Origin: Ascoidea asiatica JCM 7603
Lineage: Eukaryota; Fungi; Ascomycota
Direction of reading: 5' to 3'
NCBI GenBank assembly: GCA_001600695.1
Contig: BCKQ01000003.1
Span: 1,494,526 to 1,558,525, forward strand
Length of the DNA stretch: 64,000 nt
Shown: positions 56,738-64,000 of the stretch, piece after piece
Layout: each line of letters begins with the position of its first letter
How positions within the stretch are numbered: position 1 is the stretch's first letter
Notes under the pieces: generated by a model
Told to the model about the DNA's origin: nothing
What the model saw: the letters and a program-made list of their open reading frames with translations, nothing else
The model's database searches: none
Program-made: the position numbers and the translations under genes

Positions 56738-57310
56738 ATGTCAAATCGTTTTAATGTATTATGTGTTGGTGATAATCCAAACGTTGCCTTTTATGCTTGG
56801 AGATTATTTCATTCTCCATGTAATATATCTTTAGTTAATCAAGATTTAGATCAAAATCAAAATCAATCTCAATCTCAAAATAATATATCTAATAATGGTA
56901 TAAATTGGTATTCAAAAAAATTTAATAATTCAATAAATTCAATATCTAAATTCTTACCAAAAAATTTTTATAATAATTTTAATCAAATTCCAAAAAATTT
57001 AAAATTTGATTTAATTATAATTCATTCAAATTCTTTACAAAATTTTTCAAATTTATCAAATAATTTATTACCATTTTTAAAAAAAAAAAATAATGATTCA
57101 AATACAAATACAATAATATTAATTGAATCAACTGGTTTTTTACAATTAGAACCTTATATTCAACAATTAAATCTAAATTCAAAAAAAAATGATTATGAAA
57201 TTGAAGTACTTTCAATTATGACTGATTCAAATATTAAAAAAGTTTTCAATAAAAATCAATTATCTTATATTCATCTTAATTCATCTCCTTCTTCTTCATC
57301 ATCATCATCT

Positions 57311-57382
<72 letters not shown>

Positions 57383-60046
57383 AATACTATTACAAATGAA
57401 TCATCAACTTCAGAGATTTCAGAAATTTCAGAAACTCCTGAAAATGTTTATATAGGTCAATCAATTGATCATTTAAATCAAACAACTGATTCATATTCAA
57501 GAAATAATTTAATTGTTATTCAAAAAATTATAGATTTATTTCAAATTTCTGGTTTAAAAGTTTATAGATGTAAAAATCCTTTAGAATTTTTAAATATTCA
57601 ATGGAAATTATCTTTACCAAGAATTATTTTTAATCCACTTTTAATTTTTTTTGAATTACCTTATCCAAATTTATTAGCTCAACAAATTTTAGCAAAACCT
57701 TTAATAAGTGGTTTAATTACTGAATTATTTACTTTATTAAAAAAAATGAATTGTAAATTAATTAAAGGTTTTCAAAATGAAAATGCTTTATTATCAACTT
57801 GGATTGATTTTTATCCAAATTCAGATTTAAATTCAAAAAATACAAATAATATTCCTGATATTTTCAAAAATATTAAATTTTTAAATTCTCCTGATTTATT
57901 TTATCAATTTTTTCATCATTATGATTTACCAATTGATACTTTATTATTACAACCAATTTTATTAGCTGATGATTTTAATGTTAAAACTCCATATTTAGAA
58001 TTTTTATATGCTACAATTTGTCAATTTAATAAATTAAATCAATCAACTATTGATAAATTAAATCAAAATCAAATTATAAATTATGATTCTTCAAATAATG
58101 GTGATTCTAATTTTAATTCTAATATAAATGGTAATGATAATTCAGAATCTGATCATAATAATAATATTAATAATTCTTCTTTATCTCTTTTTTTTATCAG
58201 AAAAAATGATAATCTAACTAATTTAATTAATAGTTCAAAATCAATTGATAATTTAAATTTTGAAAATAATCATTTAAAACAAAAAAATACAAATTTAGTT
58301 AAAAAAATTGATGATTTATCAAAACAAGTATCTGATTTGAATCTTAAACTTAAAAATCAATCTCAAAATTCTCATCAACGTTCTCAATCTCAATCTCAGA
58401 ACATGAATATGAATAATTTGAATAATATGAATATGAACAATATGAACATGAATATGAATAACATGACTATGAACCAAAATCCAAATCAACGTTTACCTTA
58501 TCATCATCAATCAAGAAAAAGTCAAGGTCAAATTCAAAATCAAAGAGTTTCACCACCTAATGTTTATAATAATACTAATATGAATAATCAAACAAATAAT
58601 CAAAATAGTAATCATACAAGAGTTATTTCTAATCATTCCAATAAAACACCCCCTAAAATAAATACTGCATTAAATAATAATTCAAATCAATCAAATCCAA
58701 TTCCTGGAGATGATTTAGCTCCTCCAAATTTTATGAATTCTGATAAAGCTAATCTGGAAAAGGGAAGTAGTGGAGGAAATACTCCTGATTTAAATGATTT
58801 AACTGATATTGCTGTATATGGAGCTGTATTAAATGGTGAAATGTCTCCAGATGAAAATAAAAATAGCGAATCAAATAATAAAACTAACATCCCACTTCAA
58901 TTTCCACCACAACAACAATACCAACAACCACCTCCAAACACAAATCAAAAATATTTCACTGGAAATCCATATCAACAAGGGGGAGCTCCTGTTTCTTATC
59001 AACAACCACAACCATATAATCAGTATGCCCATCAACATCCTCAAAATGGAATGCAGATTCAACAGAGACAATCTTATGCTGCTGGCCCAAGACCTCAACA
59101 AAATGGTTATTATAATTCTCCTCCTCAACAATATGGTATGCAAACTTCATTACAACAACCTTATAATATGAATCCAGGTTCAGTACCCCCAAATCAATAT
59201 CGTACTCCTTCTGGTCAAAAGAGATACACTTCTTTGGGTTTAGGAGGTCCCTCAGTGCCAGATCAAACCGATTTAGTCGAGCAACAAATTGGCGATCTAT
59301 CAAATAGATTTAAACCAAATATGAGAAATAAAAGAAAATCTACTTTCCCATTAATGAATTCAAATCCAAATTTAGTTGGTATGGCAATGAATCAAAACTC
59401 TCAAGAAATAGATGCTTTTAGTTTATATAATGGTGAAAATTTACCAACTACTCATAATAGAAGACCTAAAAATAGGTTAAATAGTTTATCGGTATCAAAG
59501 AATCCAATGGGGAATCCTATGATCAATCCAACAGGTCCAGGAAGTAGAGCTCCATCTTCAAGTAATTTATATAATATGGGAGCATCAATGAATAATCATC
59601 GTGGTCTTACTGCTCCAAATGGAGGAGCTTATCCAGCACCCTCTAACCAAAATACTCCTAAAGTAAACAATGCCACCCTCAACGTGAATGGAAATGCTCC
59701 AAACTCCAATATGACTACTTATACTCCTGGTAACATGCCTCGTAAATCATCGGCTGTGAATTTGTCAGTTAGTGGGTCAAATGAAAACAGCAATTCATCT
59801 GGAGGTAGTGCATCTAATTTTGGAAGTTCAGATAATGCTTCCCAGCCATCAAGTCATAGTAGTCAGGAACAAACTCACCCACCTGTAATCACTCCTGCTA
59901 CAATAAAAGAAGACCATCCAATCATATTTTCAGCTTCTAATGGCAATTCTTCTCTGACTGCACTTCCTGTGAATAATAGCAAATCTTCAAATGCTGGTAA
60001 GAATGAGAAGAAAAAAAAGGGTCTATTTGGCAGAAAGAAAAAATGA
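56738..60046 (+). CDS. SVL3: Svl3/Pam1 family protein (ketopantoate-reductase-like N-terminus, coiled coil, N/Q/P-rich C-terminus)
   Basis: NVLCVGDNPNVAFYAWRL, ILIESTGF..LEP, QQILAKPLISGL, LLLQPILLADD..VKTPYLEFLY, C-terminal KKKKGLFGRKKK. Confidence 0.85.
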
Positions 60047-61182
60047 TTTGAAAAATGAGTTTTCGTTTTTTTTGATGCTATTAGTTGCTTTGATCTAACG
60101 CATTTATATTCAATAGGAAATTGCAAAGCTTAAAAATATAGAAGATTTTTGCATTCATTTAAAAGTATACATTGTTTTTATTTTTTTTTTTTTCATTTCC
60201 TCTAAACTCAATTAATATCAAAATTTGTATCATTTTTATCTTTTCTATGCTATTTAGGATTAAGTATTATTTTTGCTTGCACTTGTTTTTAATTTGCATT
60301 AAATTTTTCTCCTTTTTGGATTTCAAAAATATATGTGTTTGCGTATATCACATAAATGAAGAAAAAAACTTTCATTTTTAATCATTTTTTTAGATATTTT
60401 TTTTAAATTTTTATTCATATTTTTCTTATTTTTTTACTGAAAGTTTTTCAATTGGATTTTTTTATTTCTATTCTTTTTGTCCTTTTTTAAAATATCTACT
60501 TTTTTGTTTTTTGAGATTGCGAATATGCGGTAGTAATTATTTGTTTCAAAAAAAGTTTATTTTGTTTATACATACTTTTTATATAGGTATAATTAATTAT
60601 TTTGTATTTAGTTCTTTTCAATAACTTGTATAATTTTCAACTAAAAATTACTTTTGAATTGAAGATCAGGAATTATAAATTATATACTTAAATCGTTTAT
60701 TGAAGTAATAGATAAAACTTATCAGGAGAATAACAAAATCATAAGAGTTTAATAAGGAAAAAAAATTTGAAAAATAGGAATGAACAATAATGAATAAACA
60801 AAAAAATAAAAACAAAAGCAAAACTTTTTTTTCAGAAAACAAAAAGAACATCTTTAAACTTTCAAGTTAAAAATATATTGTATATAGTTATTAGATTAGA
60901 AAGTTTACTAACTAACAAAAAAGAATGTAGTGAAATGGAATAAAATTAGTGAAACAAGTTATTAATGATGAGAATTAAAAACGAAGGAAAAATAAAACAA
61001 AAAAGGTAATATTATGAAAACTAAAAGAGTGTAAGAGAAGCAAACGAATGGTAAACTTTGGTGGCATGAATAAATGTCATATTCTATTAATGAAATAAAT
61101 AATGATTCTGTTATGAATCAATATTATAGTTATAAGTTCTGTATATTATGATCAAATGATTATTTGCGCTTTTAGTTTATTA

Positions 61183-63519
61183 CTAAAAGAAACTGTTGTG
61201 ATTAGGAGGTGCACTTAAAGGATATGATCTTGAAACGAATGAATTAGAAATAGGTGAATCAGGATTGAAGGGGTTGTTGGAAGCTAAATCCAGCATATCG
61301 TTATCTTCTTTTATGGGATTTAGTTCATCAAGAGACAAATTCTTGAAATTCATTATATTGAAGGAACGAGAATTATTGTACGAATTTTCTGTGTCAAAAG
61401 AACCAAAATCGAAATCCAACTCTGGATTATTGAATGGATTATATGTTGATTTTGGTCTTATTCTTTGATTATTGAAACCTATGGATCTTGAACTATTGAT
61501 ACTGGTGGTACTTGTTCTATTACTGTTAGCCACAGTACTTGAAATTTGAGATAAGTTTATAGAGGAACTAGAAGAGTCGAATAAAGAGAATGAAGGCTTT
61601 GAGGTATTATTTGAACCATTATTCTTATAGTTAGGAGTTTGATTTGAATTGGACTGATAAGAATGACACAATAAAGAATCATTTTTTTTTCTTCGAGTAT
61701 TCATTATTGGATTTGTGTATTTCAATTTATCGTAATATTGCTTATCATATTCGGTGTAAGCAAAATTTGATTTACTTGTAAACTTTTCTTCTTTATTTTT
61801 TGGTTTGGATTGAAGCTTTGATTTAGATCTACTGAGACTATTATTATTAGTATTACTATTAGTATTTGATTGTAAGGATTTGGAACCTTTAGTGTTGGTA
61901 TAAGAAGAAGATAAAGATGAAGAAGTTGATCTTTTCATAACAGGAGAAGGAGATTTTGAACTACCAGTAGGGTTTGAATCGAATGATAAATTTGAATTTG
62001 AATTTGAAAGAGAATTACGAAGTGGATTAGTGGTAAACACTGGAGAAGAGGAAGATCTGAAAAATAGAGAATTTCGTTTCTTTGAAACATCTATTGTATT
62101 TGATAAAGAATTGTTTAAATCAGATTCAGAAAAATGGTTTGGATTAATTATATCATCATTCAAAATATTGGATATATCATTACTATTTTTATGGGAATGA
62201 CGTATTTCTGGATGAACATTTAAGTTTGCTTTACTGGAATTAGTATTATTATAACTTTTGAGAGAATATAATATTGAGTTTCTTTTTTTAGAAGCTGGAC
62301 TATAAAGTGAAAAATGTGGATTATTTTTAGTATTTTTATTTTCATTATTGTTATCATAATCTTCATTATCATCGTCATCATCTGAATAATTTTCTTCTTC
62401 TAAATAAATTGAATGTGAATTTTTTTGGGAATTTTTCTCAATTTTTTTTAACATTTTAATTTTTCTTTTATTTTCTATTCTTTTTTTAATTAAAATTGAA
62501 TTATTATCTAAAATCTCCAACAAATCTAAGGATTTTTTTTTAATTAACTGATTGATTTTGAAATCATTATTTGTTATATTATTTTTGATTTTAAAATTTT
62601 TTGAAATATCTAAGATCAAATTGTAAAAAATTAATTTAATATTTTTAATAATATCATTATTATTTGAATTTATTAAAATATGTTGTAAGATTATAATAAC
62701 TTTCAAAATAGTTCTATAATTAAAATTGTAATTATTTAAAGTTAAATTATTTTTTTTAGTTGTTGAATTTATACCAGGAATAAATATTTTCAAAGAATTG
62801 TGATTATTTTTATTATTATAATTAAGAATTTTATTAAAAGTATTGTTATTGTTAGCACCATTATTAAAAAATTTTGCAAAAATTGAATTTAAATCTTTAA
62901 ATAAAATTTTTAAAATAAATATTCTATTATTAAATGATAAATTTGAAATTTGAGTTAATTCATTTAATTGATCTGCTGAAGGTCCCCAACTATCAATATT
63001 TGTCGAATTTCTAATTAATATTTGAATGTAAGAATTATTATATTTTGAGTTTACATGGGATATTGGATTTGGGAAATTATTGTGATTACTATTATTATTA
63101 TTGTTATTGTTATGAATATTATTGTTATTGTTATTATTATTGTTATTATTAATGATTTTGCTTTTCTTTTGTGATGATTTAACTTTCGATTTCACTTTTA
63201 CTCTATTATTATAGACATCATTGTAATTATCATCATCGTTATCATTATCACTATCACTATCACTATCATTATTATAATTTTGATGAGTTTCTATATTACT
63301 TTGTCTATGAGATCTAATTTTAATTTCTCTTTCATTGTTTGAATTTAAAGAAGAATGACTTTTTTTTTGAGAAAATTGATTGAACTGATTAAAATTATCT
63401 AATTCAGCTATATTATTTAAATTATTTTTTGAATCATTTATATCAAATGAAGGACCCTTTTTTAAATTAAAAGATAAAGATAATCTTCTCTTCAATTTTT
63501 CAGATTTTGAATTGAACAT
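61183..63519 (-). CDS. Divergent ENTH-domain protein (Ent4-like)
   Basis: ILIRNSTNIDSWGPSADQLNELTQIS and TILKVIIILQHILIN fit ENTH helices; Ser-rich tail with two NPF motifs (YNPF, NNPF). Confidence 0.6.
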   Translation of the reverse strand: MFNSKSEKLKRRLSLSFNLKKGPSFDINDSKNNLNNIAELDNFNQFNQFSQKKSHSSLNSNNEREIKIRSHRQSNIETHQNYNNDSDSDSDNDNDDDNYNDVYNNRVKVKSKVKSSQKKSKIINNNNNNNNNNNIHNNNNNNNSNHNNFPNPISHVNSKYNNSYIQILIRNSTNIDSWGPSADQLNELTQISNLSFNNRIFILKILFKDLNSIFAKFFNNGANNNNTFNKILNYNNKNNHNSLKIFIPGINSTTKKNNLTLNNYNFNYRTILKVIIILQHILINSNNNDIIKNIKLIFYNLILDISKNFKIKNNITNNDFKINQLIKKKSLDLLEILDNNSILIKKRIENKRKIKMLKKIEKNSQKNSHSIYLEEENYSDDDDDNEDYDNNNENKNTKNNPHFSLYSPASKKRNSILYSLKSYNNTNSSKANLNVHPEIRHSHKNSNDISNILNDDIINPNHFSESDLNNSLSNTIDVSKKRNSLFFRSSSSPVFTTNPLRNSLSNSNSNLSFDSNPTGSSKSPSPVMKRSTSSSLSSSYTNTKGSKSLQSNTNSNTNNNSLSRSKSKLQSKPKNKEEKFTSKSNFAYTEYDKQYYDKLKYTNPIMNTRRKKNDSLLCHSYQSNSNQTPNYKNNGSNNTSKPSFSLFDSSSSSINLSQISSTVANSNRTSTTSINSSRSIGFNNQRIRPKSTYNPFNNPELDFDFGSFDTENSYNNSRSFNIMNFKNLSLDELNPIKEDNDMLDLASNNPFNPDSPISNSFVSRSYPLSAPPNHNSFF

Positions 63520-64000
63520 TTATGATTATTAATTATTCCAATTTTAGAAAGTATATCAAGGAAGGATATTTTTGAATTATGTTATGAAAATGAATGAACT
63601 GAAATAATCAAATAATTAAAAAATCAAATAATGAAATTGAAATAAGAGAAATTTTGATTGAATATAAAATAAGAAGACAAAAAGACAAGAAGATAAAAAA
63701 AAGAGAAAGTGAAATTGATTAGAGTCTTAGAATTAAAATTAGTATTGTTTGATTTAATATATCCAATCTCAAACCAACCAGTACAAAGCAATGTACGATT
63801 ATCTGAAATTTGAAAGTAAAGAGCACAGGTTTAGCCTAAAGAGTGCAGAGATGAATTGATTGTATGCAATAGCACAATATTGGACTAAATTATCAAAAAC
63901 GTCAATTGCATAAACCTCTTTCTATGTTTCTCAGCTTCTTAAGTTATTTTTATTTTCCTTTGTTTCCTTCTTTTTTTTTCACAATTAAACTGCAGTTGCC

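Noticed and set aside
2075-61468. Many short track ORFs (e.g. 2075, 3224, 11115, 16247, 16366, 29090-29692, 32620, 35400, 37104, 40373, 47751, 57015, 58687-59303, 61265)
   Set aside because: They are antisense or alternative-frame shadows of real genes, produced by hexamer and triplet repeats; many start at TTG/GTG.

Overview
This is a very AT-rich, gene-dense eukaryotic window from a budding yeast (Saccharomycotina). The Asn-rich low-complexity proteins, rare CTG codons and short introns fit an Ascoidea-like genome, but that assignment is inference. Genes in order: NUP192 (partial), a degenerate pepsin-family protease, PHO4, decayed gene relics, SPP1, RNY1 (interrupted by a 50-bp insertion with a 21-bp direct repeat), PRE5 (intron), ceramidase 1, an orphan cytochrome P450, TAE1/NTM1, an intron-containing U3 snoRNA that the ORF track cannot show, ceramidase 2, LCB4/5 sphingoid-base kinase, HSP42, an orphan ORF, GPM2/3-like, an F-box gene, RPN4, a Met4/Met28-family bZIP, KEX1, NAT5, a 66-aa CxxC/CxxC microprotein, RMD8, KGD4/YMR31 (intron, probable upstream UUG start), PRE4, ERF2, SVL3/PAM1 and an ENT4-like gene. 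The best candidate for an undescribed system is the 17-25.7 kb block: two inverted alkaline ceramidase paralogs, a P450 and a sphingoid-base kinase, plus a dense CGG motif array. It may be a ceramide/sphingoid-base breakdown, modification or detoxification module. No transposon, tRNA, rRNA or CRISPR was recognised. All gene identities come from motif recognition by eye, not from database searches.
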